64,000 nucleotides of DNA, taken from the NCBI GenBank assembly GCA_035533875.1, contig DATLSZ010000029.1:31636-95635 (forward strand). The letters run 5' to 3'. Positions 26,901 through 37,108 of this stretch are shown in pieces. The translations under genes were made by a program, and so were the position numbers. Each line of letters starts with the position of its first letter. Position 1 is the stretch's first letter. Under the pieces are notes generated by a model. It saw only the letters and a list, made by a program, of their open reading frames with translations. It ran no database searches and was not told the DNA's origin. The DNA comes from Candidatus Acidiferrales bacterium (lineage in GTDB: Bacteria > Patescibacteriota > Microgenomatia > Levybacterales > UBA12049).

Positions 26901-27887
26901 ATGAAGCAAAAACGAGTATTATCAGGAATTAGAGCGACCGGGAGACTGCATCTCGGGAATTATTTGGGTGCGATAAAAGGGATGCTTGCATTGCAGAACG
27001 ATCCTGATTTTGAAACGCTCTATATGGTCGCTGACTTACATACGATTACAACGCCATATGCTGTTGAGGAGCTCAAAAAGAACAGACGAGAAGTAATTAT
27101 TGATTATCTTGCGGCAGGACTTGATCCGCAGAAGAGTATTCTTTTTCAGCAAGCTGCCAATCCGCATCATGCAGAGCTCGCATTTTATCTCTCAAGTGTT
27201 GTGACGATTGCCAAGATGCAGCATTTGCCGACCTTTAAAGATAAGGTCAAACAACATCCTCAGCATGCAACGATGGCACTTCTGAATTATCCGATTCTCA
27301 TGACAGCAGATATTCTTGCGTATAAAGCATCGGATGTCCCGGTCGGTATTGATCAGGAACCGCATCTGGAAGTCGCAAGAGAAATAGCACGACGGATGAA
27401 TCAGGATTACGGGACTGATTTTCCCGAACCAAAGAGTTTTAAATCGACAGGTGACTATGTGCCGTCTCTCACCGGAGAAGGGAAGATGAGCAAATCTGTC
27501 GAGGGAAGTTATGTTAATTTGGTTGATGATTTGGAGACGATTAAAGCAAAATTGGCAAAAGCACCGACTGACTCAGGTAAAGGTACGCTTACTGCTATGG
27601 TGGCAGGAGTTTCTTCGCTGCTTACGTTTGTGCAATTATTTGAAGGGAAAGAAAAAAGAAATGCTTATGAAGATGCATATCAAAAAGAGGGAATCCGGTA
27701 TGGAGATTTAAAGAACGAATTGGCAGAAGCAATATTTAAAGAATTACAGCCGATTCACGAGAAGAGAAAAGAACTTGAAGCGAATCCGAAAGAAGTTGAT
27801 CGGATTATAGAGGAGGGCAATGAAAAAGCACGTACAATTGCTGCAGAGACAGTAAATGAAGTTAGAGAAAAAATGGGGCTCTTGTAA
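26901..27887 (+). CDS. trpS: tryptophan--tRNA ligase
   Basis: A HIGH-class motif variant (TGRLHLGNY) and KMSKS; the length is typical of TrpRS. Confidence 0.9.
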   Translation: MKQKRVLSGIRATGRLHLGNYLGAIKGMLALQNDPDFETLYMVADLHTITTPYAVEELKKNRREVIIDYLAAGLDPQKSILFQQAANPHHAELAFYLSSVVTIAKMQHLPTFKDKVKQHPQHATMALLNYPILMTADILAYKASDVPVGIDQEPHLEVAREIARRMNQDYGTDFPEPKSFKSTGDYVPSLTGEGKMSKSVEGSYVNLVDDLETIKAKLAKAPTDSGKGTLTAMVAGVSSLLTFVQLFEGKEKRNAYEDAYQKEGIRYGDLKNELAEAIFKELQPIHEKRKELEANPKEVDRIIEEGNEKARTIAAETVNEVREKMGLL

Positions 27888-27926
27888 AAGTATCAAGAGT
27901 ATCAGGGGTATCAAAAGTATCAAGGG
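27887..27926. repeat. tandem 9-bp repeat (GTATCAAGA-like, about four units)
   Basis: AAGTATCAAGAGTATCAGGGGTATCAAAAGTATCAAGGG read directly, lying between convergent genes. Confidence 0.7.
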
Positions 27927-27952
27927 CTTACATTATTTTTAGAGAATAGAAT

Positions 27953-28723
27953 CTAGATTGTAATTTCTGCTGTTAATCCGAAATGATCGGAGAGATCTTC
28001 ATCAATTACTGCAAATTTTTTTACCTCCAAATCCTTACTGGTAAAGATATAATCGACTGCAAGCCCTTTGGGAAATAATTGTTTGGCTCGATGGTTTTTT
28101 GGATCCAAGGTATTTGTTATCTTATGTTCTGTAATAAGATTGCGGGTGAGTGTGTCGATTTTTTTGATAAGCGGCTGATCCGGGGTGATATTGAAATCAC
28201 CCGAAAGCACAAACGGTGGCGTCACCGTTTGCAAATAGTCAAAGAGCATTTCACCTTGTTTGGTCTGAAACGGTTTTTCAATATGATCTCCTCCCCAGGC
28301 AGCATGAGTATTGATGCATGAGATCTGTTTGTTCTCAATTTCAAAGGTAAGATGCAACACTGTCCGCCCAACATTCTCGTATGCTGTTGAATCTGAGGGA
28401 AACGGTGCAAATTTTGAAAGGATAAGTTCTTTTTTAGCTAGAAGTTTATAATGATTTTTATAAAATATTCCGTTGCCCATATATGCATCCGAGCTTGAGG
28501 TATAGCGCTGTGCGATTGAAAGTACGCCGTAATATTTGTCCTGCAGGATTTTTTGTAATTCTGCGAACGTGTTGCGACGTGAGTGGATATTTCCGACAAT
28601 TGTATCTTTTCCCGTTAATTCCTGCAGGTGTATGATGTCAAAATCATGAGAAGTTATATAATGAATTTGCTTGTCCCAATAGTTGTCTGCATTGATATTG
28701 AGCTGGAGCAGTTTTATTATCAT
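27953..28723 (-). CDS. endonuclease/exonuclease/phosphatase (EEP) family protein
   Basis: LQE...SGDFN...SDH motif distribution typical of the EEP fold. Confidence 0.7.
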   Translation of the reverse strand: MIIKLLQLNINADNYWDKQIHYITSHDFDIIHLQELTGKDTIVGNIHSRRNTFAELQKILQDKYYGVLSIAQRYTSSSDAYMGNGIFYKNHYKLLAKKELILSKFAPFPSDSTAYENVGRTVLHLTFEIENKQISCINTHAAWGGDHIEKPFQTKQGEMLFDYLQTVTPPFVLSGDFNITPDQPLIKKIDTLTRNLITEHKITNTLDPKNHRAKQLFPKGLAVDYIFTSKDLEVKKFAVIDEDLSDHFGLTAEITI

Positions 28724-28796
28724 TCTTTGAGTATAGCATGGAATTAGTAAAGAGTATTTAATAGAGGGTTAAGAAATATGTTATTACTCTTATTAT

Positions 28797-29639
28797 TTGT
28801 TAAAATACATGCAGATGATTTCGAGAAAGAAAATTACCTCTTTTCAAAAACACATTCTTGATTGGTATTCAGTGCATAAAAGAGATCTTCCGTGGCGGGA
28901 ATTGCCGTTTGACACAGTAAAAGGTGCACGTGATCCCTACAAAATACTTGTGTCGGAAATAATGTCACAGCAGACACAACTTTCGCGAGTGATCCCGAAA
29001 TATGAAGCATGGGTGAAAAAATTTCCGAGTACAGAGCATCTTGCACAAGCCAAGACAGCGGAGGTTTTACACTATTGGAATGGACTTGGGTATAACAGAA
29101 GGGCGCTGCATTTAAAAAAAACAGCAGAAATTATTGCTGCAAAATATCATGGTGAGTTTCCACGAAGTGAGAAAGAATTGATGATATTGCCGGGAATAGG
29201 GAAGTATACGGCACGAGCGATTTTGTGTTTTGCATTTGATCAGCAGGTTGCGGTTGTGGATACCAATGTAAGGAAAGTGATATTGACGCAGTTTGCTGTT
29301 CCAGAAAAAGAAATCGCTGAAATTGCGGATGCACTGCTGCCGCAGGGCAGTGCTTACAATTGGAATCAGGCGCTGATGGATTATGCTGCGTCTGTTTTGA
29401 AAAAAGAAAAGATATCGATTCCCAAACAGTCACAATTTATCGGTTCACACCGGTATTACCGCGGACAGGTACTCAAACTATTATTGCAGAAGAGAAAAGT
29501 TCCAGTTGATGATGTTGGGTTCTTGATCAAAAAAGATTATACAGATAAAGATAAAAAATGGCTGTTGAAACTTTTGGAAGAACTTGAAAAAGAGGGGTTT
29601 ATTATTGCTAATCATAATCTGATTGAGTTGGTTGCTTAA
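28797..29639 (+). CDS. HhH-GPD family DNA glycosylase (MutY/Nth-like, no evident 4Fe-4S cysteine cluster)
   Basis: Helix-hairpin-helix LPGIGKYTA followed by the catalytic Asp region VDTNVRKV. No C-x6-C-x2-C-x5-C cluster was found. Confidence 0.7.
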   Translation: MLKYMQMISRKKITSFQKHILDWYSVHKRDLPWRELPFDTVKGARDPYKILVSEIMSQQTQLSRVIPKYEAWVKKFPSTEHLAQAKTAEVLHYWNGLGYNRRALHLKKTAEIIAAKYHGEFPRSEKELMILPGIGKYTARAILCFAFDQQVAVVDTNVRKVILTQFAVPEKEIAEIADALLPQGSAYNWNQALMDYAASVLKKEKISIPKQSQFIGSHRYYRGQVLKLLLQKRKVPVDDVGFLIKKDYTDKDKKWLLKLLEELEKEGFIIANHNLIELVA

Positions 29640-29648
29640 TAGGAGAAT

Positions 29649-30119
29649 CTATTGTTTGGATAATTCATCAAACGACACGCGGATATATTCAGGATCTTTG
29701 ATGCCCAATCTTTCTGTAAAGAATTCTTCTGTTGGATTTGCACCGGTTAGGATCAAAAAGTCTCCCACGTCGTCGATGTGGTTGAAGGTAATTTTATACA
29801 TATCCAGCTGAAAGATTTTTCGGGTTCCCTTCAGGATTTTTTTGACACCAAATTCTTGTGTCAATTCTTTCCCTTTCTCTTCAACGATTTCTTTGTTGAT
29901 CCGCTGTTTTTCTCCAACATCAAATGTGCCATCTATTGCAAATAGCGCTTGAATAAAATAGGTATCATTTACTTTTGCTAGTTTCAGTACATGACCGGGC
30001 GGCTGATTGAAATACGTGTCAATAAATGATTGTTCTTCAATAAAATCGGCACCAAGAGGCTTGAGTTTTTCCTCAATTGTTTTAAAGTCCGAAAAGCGAA
30101 TTTTTAGTTCCCGCGCCAT
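29649..30119 (-). CDS. CYTH-domain protein (class IV adenylate cyclase / triphosphatase-like)
   Basis: LKIRF near the N-terminus and HIDDVGDFLILTG match CyaB/CYTH signatures. Confidence 0.55.
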   Translation of the reverse strand: MARELKIRFSDFKTIEEKLKPLGADFIEEQSFIDTYFNQPPGHVLKLAKVNDTYFIQALFAIDGTFDVGEKQRINKEIVEEKGKELTQEFGVKKILKGTRKIFQLDMYKITFNHIDDVGDFLILTGANPTEEFFTERLGIKDPEYIRVSFDELSKQ

Positions 30120-30676
30120 TATTTATATTCCTCTTTCACTTCATCTTTAAAATCCTTCATCAATTTCCGGAGTTTGGGATCGATGACGACTGTGCAGTAG
30201 TCCGGCCGTCTGCCACTTTCATAGAAATTCTGATGTTCTGCTTCTGCTTGATAAAAATTGGTAAACGGCACAATTTCCGTAACGATAGGATTTTCATATT
30301 TTCCTGATTTATCCAACTTTTTTTTTGATGCTTCTGCAAGTCTCTTTTGCTCGTCATTGTGATAAAAAATAATAGAGCGGTATTCGGGACCTATGTCGTA
30401 TCCTTGCTGATTACGTGTCGTAGGATCATGCGTTGCCCAAAAGATATCCAGAAGCTTTTCGAACGATATTATACGTGGATCATATTGTAGTTGTAGCGAC
30501 TCTGCATGTCCGGTCCTTTTCATAGCAACATCCCAGTATGTTGGATTTTCAAAATTACCGCCTGCATATCCTGAAACAACCGATTCAACCCCTTTGATTC
30601 GTTTGAAGACTGCTTCGGTGCACCAGAAGCATCCATTGGCAAATGTCGCGGTTTCTAATTTTTTTGCAGTAGCCAT
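30119..30676 (-). CDS. msrA: peptide-methionine (S)-S-oxide reductase
   Basis: Active-site GCFWC. The start is taken at the internal Met (MATAKK, 30676). Confidence 0.88.
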   Translation of the reverse strand: MATAKKLETATFANGCFWCTEAVFKRIKGVESVVSGYAGGNFENPTYWDVAMKRTGHAESLQLQYDPRIISFEKLLDIFWATHDPTTRNQQGYDIGPEYRSIIFYHNDEQKRLAEASKKKLDKSGKYENPIVTEIVPFTNFYQAEAEHQNFYESGRRPDYCTVVIDPKLRKLMKDFKDEVKEEYK

Positions 30677-30864
30677 ATTTATATTATACAGAGAAAAAGC
30701 TCGGAACGAAATTTTTTCTTGGACCAACCTTTTGAGTTTTAATAGTAGTAGCGCCTCCGCTTTCCGAGGGTCACAGAATTTTTATTGTAATAATAAAAGG
30801 CATTCGTCCTAGCGAAAAAAATTTGTTCCTCACTTATTTATGTTATTAGAAATAAAACGTTAGA

Positions 30865-31323
30865 TTACATTGATTGGAGATCGGTGATGGGTTTGATGTC
30901 TGAAAAGTAAATTTCTTTTCCATCGCTGTTAACAGCTGAAATTTGGTATTCATAGTTGACCCCTTTTTTCAGATCGGAAATAGTGTAGTTGTGTACACTC
31001 AACGGGATGTTTCGGACAGCATTGGTAAAGGTTTGTTCACCGGTTTGCCGATAATAAATGTTGTATGATGCGGCATTGGGAACTGGCGGTAGCGAAACTG
31101 TTGCTTGATTAAACAGTCCATTCATAATTTGAGCGCCTGCGACTGCTTGAGTAACGCTGTGTCTGTTGATTGATACAACTCCGATGACAAATAATACAAG
31201 GCACGCACTGATAATTACAATCCTACGGAAGAGGTATGTTTCGTTTCCGGATGATCGGGGAGTTGTACGCTTTACTGTTTTCCTCGCAGTTGCTTTTTTT
31301 GGTGCAGTTTTCTTTTTCATCAC
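30865..31323 (-). CDS. membrane-anchored protein with fibronectin-III-like domain
   Basis: Basic N-terminus, one TM helix, then a beta-rich domain. Confidence 0.45.
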   Translation of the reverse strand: MMKKKTAPKKATARKTVKRTTPRSSGNETYLFRRIVIISACLVLFVIGVVSINRHSVTQAVAGAQIMNGLFNQATVSLPPVPNAASYNIYYRQTGEQTFTNAVRNIPLSVHNYTISDLKKGVNYEYQISAVNSDGKEIYFSDIKPITDLQSM

Positions 31324-31374
31324 TATATTTAGTAGATCAAAAAACAGTACCTATTGTCAAGCCCTAGATGATTT

Positions 31375-32034
31375 TTAGAGCCCATTTGGCATGGTTCCTG
31401 TATGGGTATAGTAATCAACTTCACGGACTCCCTTTTTCTCCCTGGCTACTTCCACAATTTTTCTAATTTTTTCTCTTAAAAATCTGCCGTTGGTGATGCC
31501 GGGAATATACTCATTTGGCCAGCTCACATCCGAAGTGATAAGTTGGATATTGGAAAGCCCAAACCGTCCTAGAATAAAAGGCTGAATAAATGTTGTATCT
31601 TTGATTCTATAAAGCTCAACATCATCAATGCGTTTGACAAATATCCCTGAATATATCCGCAAACGCTGATCGGTGATGACATAGGTCGTATTTTTGGTTT
31701 GTAAATAAATATAGTAAGCAATCAGTAAAGGAAATAATAACCAGCAAAAAAGAAAACAAAAGAAGTATGCGGTAAGATGAATCAACTGGGAGGATTTGCC
31801 AATCCATATTATCGTTTCATCCGGATCAAGTTCTCGCAGCTCGTCATAGATATCTTGATATTCGTTCTGGGTAATAGGTTTGGGATGAATTTTTTTCTTG
31901 ACTTTTTCTTTCAGCGATGCGGGTTTGGGGTCAATTATTTGTGGAGTATGGAATTCGGTTTTGAGAGAATCAGAAGTAAAGACATCCAGAGGCTCTTGGT
32001 GTCGGGAGTTACGATTAGCTTTGATAGTATTCAC
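31375..32034 (-). CDS. membrane-anchored bacterial PH-domain (YdbT-like) protein
   Basis: Central 2-TM hairpin followed by a PH-like domain (YVITDQRLRIYSG). Confidence 0.45.
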   Translation of the reverse strand: MNTIKANRNSRHQEPLDVFTSDSLKTEFHTPQIIDPKPASLKEKVKKKIHPKPITQNEYQDIYDELRELDPDETIIWIGKSSQLIHLTAYFFCFLFCWLLFPLLIAYYIYLQTKNTTYVITDQRLRIYSGIFVKRIDDVELYRIKDTTFIQPFILGRFGLSNIQLITSDVSWPNEYIPGITNGRFLREKIRKIVEVAREKKGVREVDYYTHTGTMPNGL

Positions 32035-32077
32035 CCGCGATTCCTTTCTTTGGAGATAATTATAACATACTCATTTA

Positions 32078-34561
32078 TTATAAATTGTATTTCTTTAGGA
32101 AAGTACTTTTGATAACGGCAACCAAGAATAGATAAGTTGTGGTCAGTAGCGCTAAAATGACAAAATAGAGCGGGGGAGGGACAACCATTCCCAAGGAACC
32201 AGCAAGTGGAGTAAAGGGCAAAAGAATACCGATCGCAACAACTGCTAGTGATGTAATCGTAAGCCAGATGCTCGGACGGCTTTTATAGAACGGGTTTCTT
32301 GCTGTTCTGATCACAAATACGACGAGAATTTCTGTCGCCAGTGATTCCATAAACCAGCCTGTTTGGAAGAGCCCGCCCTTTGCGTGGAACAGAAAAATTA
32401 ATGCACTAAACGTCAGATAATCATAAATAGAACTAAGCGGACCGAAAAATAACATATAATCTTTGATAAAGGAGATATTCCAATGTCTTGGTTTTATCAG
32501 TGATTCGGGATCAACATTATCCGATGGGATTGTCAGCTGCGATACATCATATAAGGTGTTGGTGAGCAAGATCTGAACCGGTGTCATAGGAAGGAAGGTA
32601 AAGAAGAACGATGCGCCGGCAGCAGAAAACATATTGCCGAAATTCGAGCTTGTACTCATTAGGATATATTTGATAGTGTTGCTGAACGTTTTGCGTCCTT
32701 CCACAATACCGTCTGCTATCACATCAAGTCCTTTTCGAAGCAGTACGACGGAGGCGGCATTTTTGGCGACATCCACTGCTGAGTTGACTGATATCCCGAC
32801 TTCGGCATTGTGCAGCGAAGGGAGATCATTGATGCCGTCTCCGAGATAGCCGACAGTATGGCCGTTTGCCTGCAGGGCCTGAATGACTTGCAGTTTTTGC
32901 AACGGTGAAACTCGTGCAAAAATATCCAGATCGTTCACTTTTTCTTTGAGCTGAAGCGGTGTTAATTTTTCCATCTCATCTCCTGTGATAAGACGTGTTG
33001 TATCCATGCCGACTTCTGCACAGATTTTTTGTGTGACAATCTCATTATCACCCGTGATAACTTTGGTCAGGACATTAAGTGCATGTAATTTATCCAGTGC
33101 TTCTTTAGCCGTCTTTTTTGGTATATCAAGGAAGGTAATATACCCATGAAACTCAAGATGATTGACATCATCCCAGGAGTATTCCTTCTTCTCAGGTATC
33201 GATTTTTTCCCAAGACAAATAACCCGGTAGCCGTTTTTCCGTGCTGCAAGGAGTTCTTTTTGTAATTGAGCTTGATTAGTAAGGTTACAGAGCGGTAGTA
33301 TTGCTTCAGGTGCACCTTTAGCAAGAAGTGCTGTTTGGTTATCGTCTTTTACGACGGTATACATGGCTTTTTTGTTGTAATCAAATGGCTCTTCATGGAG
33401 TTTCTTGGTTTTTTGTATAGAGATCTTTTGTTTGAGTGCGTAGTTCCAAAGCGCGACATCGATACCATTGCCATGGGGCTTGGCATTGATAATTGCCGTA
33501 TTACAAACGAGCGCATCGATAAGGACATGCTGATCTTTTTTTCCATGTTTATCCAAGTAATCAACCACGGTTATTTCTCCTTCGGTAAGTGTCCCGGTTT
33601 TGTCGGTGCAGAGTACATCCATATTGCCGAGATTCTCAAGCGATAAAAGCCTTTTGACAACTACGTGTTTTTTTGCGAGTTTGCCAGCACCATGAGACAG
33701 ACTGACGGTTACGATTACAGGAAGCAGCTCTGGAGTTAGTCCAACAGCGATTGCCAGACTAAAGAGAACAGATTGAAGAATTGGGTGACCAACTGCGGCG
33801 TTGATCAAAAAAATGGCAATGGTGAGAAGCACAATAATTCTGAGAATAAAATTCCCAAAGCGCGACAATCCTTTTTGGAATTCGGTTGCGGGTTTGATAA
33901 ACGTCGCACTTTTTGCGATCTTGCCAAATTCCGTTTGTTTGCCTATCTGTAGAATGACCCCTTTGCCCGATCCATTTTCAACACTGGTCCCCATGTAACC
34001 GATATTGTCAGTCCCCGGTGCCGTTTGTTTGAGAATTGTTTTTGCCTCACCGGTCAGCGCAGATTCATTAATTTCAATGTTATTTGTTTCAAGGAATCTG
34101 ATATCCGCCGGGATAATACTTCCCTGTGCCAGAAGAATGATATCTCCCATTGTCAGATGTGATGCAGGCACTTCTATTTTTTCTCCGTTGCGGATGACAA
34201 GAGTTGTTGGCGTAATGCGTTTCATTAAGCCTTCAACAGTTTTTTCAGCACTATACTCATTCCAAAAACCAAGAAAGATGCTGACCACAATAATTCCTAG
34301 AATATAATACGAACTGACCTGTTCTCCCAAAAAAAGTGAAACCATTGCCGCTGCGGTGAGGATAATGATTAACGGATTCCCTGTCAGCTGGCGGAAAAAA
34401 AGGCTGAACATATTGGTACGCGTCATATGGATTGTATTTAATCCATATTGTCTGATCCGCTGTTGTGCTTCTTTGTCAGTAAGTCCGGTATCGGATGAAG
34501 TAATTTGTTTGAGAACTTCTTCAGCTGTCTGCAATTTAGCAGTATGCACATTGTAATTCAT
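32078..34561 (-). CDS. cation-transporting P-type ATPase (P2-type, Ca2+/Mg2+-like)
   Basis: Phosphorylation motif CTDKTGTLT, TGDN, the hinge GDGINDLPSL, and about 10 TM helices. Confidence 0.9.
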   Translation of the reverse strand: MNYNVHTAKLQTAEEVLKQITSSDTGLTDKEAQQRIRQYGLNTIHMTRTNMFSLFFRQLTGNPLIIILTAAAMVSLFLGEQVSSYYILGIIVVSIFLGFWNEYSAEKTVEGLMKRITPTTLVIRNGEKIEVPASHLTMGDIILLAQGSIIPADIRFLETNNIEINESALTGEAKTILKQTAPGTDNIGYMGTSVENGSGKGVILQIGKQTEFGKIAKSATFIKPATEFQKGLSRFGNFILRIIVLLTIAIFLINAAVGHPILQSVLFSLAIAVGLTPELLPVIVTVSLSHGAGKLAKKHVVVKRLLSLENLGNMDVLCTDKTGTLTEGEITVVDYLDKHGKKDQHVLIDALVCNTAIINAKPHGNGIDVALWNYALKQKISIQKTKKLHEEPFDYNKKAMYTVVKDDNQTALLAKGAPEAILPLCNLTNQAQLQKELLAARKNGYRVICLGKKSIPEKKEYSWDDVNHLEFHGYITFLDIPKKTAKEALDKLHALNVLTKVITGDNEIVTQKICAEVGMDTTRLITGDEMEKLTPLQLKEKVNDLDIFARVSPLQKLQVIQALQANGHTVGYLGDGINDLPSLHNAEVGISVNSAVDVAKNAASVVLLRKGLDVIADGIVEGRKTFSNTIKYILMSTSSNFGNMFSAAGASFFFTFLPMTPVQILLTNTLYDVSQLTIPSDNVDPESLIKPRHWNISFIKDYMLFFGPLSSIYDYLTFSALIFLFHAKGGLFQTGWFMESLATEILVVFVIRTARNPFYKSRPSIWLTITSLAVVAIGILLPFTPLAGSLGMVVPPPLYFVILALLTTTYLFLVAVIKSTFLKKYNL

Positions 34562-34593
34562 AATAGGGGAGGTAAGAATTTGTTCTAAGAATC

Positions 34594-35388
34594 CTACGCG
34601 AATGCTAATTTATGTTTCTCAAATTCTTTTTTGACAAAATACCGGTATCGTCTTGCAATTTCCTTACGGCGCACAGGATTGGTTGTTAGCGTAACACGGA
34701 ACGTCATGATCTCAGGATTACTAAAGCCATCGATCCCATTCACTATGGATCCAGGCAGCAATGAATCGGTAAATTCAGGATCTTTCTGTAATTGGGCCAT
34801 GGCTGTTTCTGCCGCTTTTATCACTTTATCGATATCCTGATTTGCTTTTATCGTCAAATCAATGAAATTGTTAAACCGATGTCTCGAGTAGTTAATGATT
34901 TTTTTTATTTGTCCATTAGGGATAACATGGGATGAGCCATTTTCGGCACGGATTGTCAATGTACGCGCGCCAATATGTTCAACAACTCCTTCTGACATGT
35001 CGCTTTGAATAAACGTTGTGCCGATCTGAATATAGTCACCTATAGCAATAGAATTCAGCGATAGTAAAAAAAGCCCATTTACAAAATCTTCAATGATTTC
35101 GCGTGCCCCGATACCGATAATGATACCGATGACACTGGCAGATGCCAAGAGGGGAGTAAGATTGATGCCAAAGAGTGTAAGAATAATATAAAGCGCAAAG
35201 ATATAGACAATAATCGTTATGATATTGCGGATTATCGCAGCGACCGTCTGGGTACGTTTGCTGTCAAAGTGCTTGGGTACTCTCACCAGAGCTCTGAGGA
35301 CAAAATCCAAAAGAACTGCGATCAAAAGCGTAACGCCGGCGTACAGGTATGTCTTGATCATTGCGGCAGAAAAGATATCAATATTCAT
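34594..35388 (-). CDS. mechanosensitive ion channel (MscS family)
   Basis: Three TM helices followed by the MscS beta-domain. A typical pore-helix glycine/alanine pattern is present. Confidence 0.8.
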   Translation of the reverse strand: MNIDIFSAAMIKTYLYAGVTLLIAVLLDFVLRALVRVPKHFDSKRTQTVAAIIRNIITIIVYIFALYIILTLFGINLTPLLASASVIGIIIGIGAREIIEDFVNGLFLLSLNSIAIGDYIQIGTTFIQSDMSEGVVEHIGARTLTIRAENGSSHVIPNGQIKKIINYSRHRFNNFIDLTIKANQDIDKVIKAAETAMAQLQKDPEFTDSLLPGSIVNGIDGFSNPEIMTFRVTLTTNPVRRKEIARRYRYFVKKEFEKHKLAFA

Positions 35389-35450
35389 GGCTTCTTAAAG
35401 CATAAAATGCTGAAGGAACAAAGTCAAGGAAAGAGTAGTACAAGGTTCAA

Positions 35451-36707
35451 TTATGAAATGCGTGCTGTCAAGGAATTGGTTCTGGGGAAGTTTTTCTTTG
35501 ACCGAAGTAGTTTTTGCGTAGTCATCAATCTAAAATCACTGACTTCATTGACAAATTCATTAAGCAGCATTTGTTCCTGATCTTTTTTTATCACAATTCT
35601 GAAGCCTTCCTGTTTTAGTCCATGTACTTTATAGGCATGTTGTAGCCATCCCTGCTCTTCCAAATACTTTGAGAGTTTAATAACATCATTTCCATAAACA
35701 AAAATTTGCGGTGCATACGGCGAACCGGGATAGGTTGAAAACCCGAGACCATTTAATATTTCCATGAGTTCTTTTTTAACTTTAAGATATCTCTTGGCAA
35801 AACTTTTATAGCCTTGATATTTATAAAGCATGATATTCGTGTATAAACTAAAGACCCCCAAGGATGATCCGGTAACTGTTAAGCTTGCCATTTTTTTATT
35901 ACCCGAACTAAGATATTCAATACTTCCGGTGTATTTCTGTGTTATTTCTTTATCACGCAGCAATAAGACACCGCCGCCGCATAACGAGAGACCAAACTTA
36001 TGACAGGAGATATTCATTGAGAATAGTCTGTCTAGCTGAGAAAATTTATATTTTAGATCGGTATCAAGATAGGGGATAATAAAACCGCCGATAGCACCAT
36101 CAATATGAAGATAGGTGTTATATTCACGAGCAATTGCGTTTAACTCCGTAAGATCATCAATAACGCCTAATTCTGTAGAGATCATTATGCCAGCAATAAG
36201 AATGGTGTTATTATCAACTTTTCGTTTGGCATCTTCAATATCGGCTGAATAATTTTCATTTTTGTCTATCTCGCGGACTTCAATGCCCAGCATCTTGGCG
36301 CATCGTTTCAGACTATAATGTGCATGTTTTGGGATAAGCATATTGGGTTTTGTGATGTTTTTTTCGTCACGCGCTTGCTCTCTGGCATAATGAAATGCGA
36401 GAAGGATACTTTCTGTCGAACCTGAAGTCAAGATGGTGGTCCCGCCTTGATTATCAAATATTTTTTTGAAATATCTATCGATTACTTCTTCAAAATACGT
36501 GAGTGATTTATATCCTTTTCTATCCACGACATTTTTATTTAAATAGTGAAAAAGATACTTATAGACAAATGGGTTTTTGTGGATGGCAGTAAATGTTCCG
36601 ACATTTTTTTTCTCGCTCGGATCTTCTAGTATTAATTTATCAAGCTTAAATTGCAGATTTTGCAGATCTTTCATCGTTTTGAGAGCAACCATGTATAAGC
36701 GTATCAT
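35451..36707 (-). CDS. group II pyridoxal-phosphate-dependent decarboxylase (MfnA / sphingosine-1-P-lyase-like)
   Basis: PLP-lysine motif SCHKFG (S-x-H-K) and the fold pattern of group II decarboxylases. Confidence 0.7.
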   Translation of the reverse strand: MIRLYMVALKTMKDLQNLQFKLDKLILEDPSEKKNVGTFTAIHKNPFVYKYLFHYLNKNVVDRKGYKSLTYFEEVIDRYFKKIFDNQGGTTILTSGSTESILLAFHYAREQARDEKNITKPNMLIPKHAHYSLKRCAKMLGIEVREIDKNENYSADIEDAKRKVDNNTILIAGIMISTELGVIDDLTELNAIAREYNTYLHIDGAIGGFIIPYLDTDLKYKFSQLDRLFSMNISCHKFGLSLCGGGVLLLRDKEITQKYTGSIEYLSSGNKKMASLTVTGSSLGVFSLYTNIMLYKYQGYKSFAKRYLKVKKELMEILNGLGFSTYPGSPYAPQIFVYGNDVIKLSKYLEEQGWLQHAYKVHGLKQEGFRIVIKKDQEQMLLNEFVNEVSDFRLMTTQKLLRSKKNFPRTNSLTARIS

Positions 36708-37072
36708 AAGTAGTTAAAGAATGTCAACGTGAAAACACTTTTTTCATTACGTAATCCTTACGTATTTTTTGCGTATTTCTTAGCACTGCAGTTTATACTA
36801 CTTATGATGTCTATGAAGCATCGTAAAGGGGGAGCGGTTATCACATAGTCACTCCGGAGCGACCCTTGCAAGAGAACAACGCCTGGCAATGACTGATAAC
36901 CAATCCTAAAGGAAGTTTTATTATGAAAAAGAGATACTACTATAGAGAGGAGGGGAGTATGGAGAAGTTGTTTAATTTTATAGAAAGAAGTTTCAGAAAT
37001 GTATTACTGTCTTTCTTTACCGTTTTTTCTGCCCCAATTCGGTAAAGAGAAATCCTACTATGAGCTGCCTTT

Positions 37073-37108
37073 TTAGCACTTGACAAGTAACACTGCTAAT
37101 TCTACAAT
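37073..37108 (+). promoter_or_regulatory. consensus promoter TTGACA-N17-TACAAT overlapping a CIRCE-like inverted repeat (TTAGCACT-N9-ACTGCTAA), 8 nt upstream of the clpB ATG
   Basis: Hexamers at 37080-37085 and 37103-37108. The inverted-repeat arms TTAGCACT and ACTGCTAA match 7 of 8, with the N9 spacing typical of CIRCE. Confidence 0.5.

Noticed and set aside
27887-27926. Possible CRISPR array (tandem repeats after trpS, and heptamer arrays at 2208-2315)
   Set aside because: Repeat units are only 7-9 bp and directly adjacent, with no spacers. This is minisatellite or operator-like structure, not CRISPR.
36780-36920. Possible tRNA or other known structured RNA in the long clpB upstream gap
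   Set aside because: No T-loop (GTTCRANYC) or other family-specific consensus was found. Only generic palindromes are present. It is left as an unassigned structured region in the findings.
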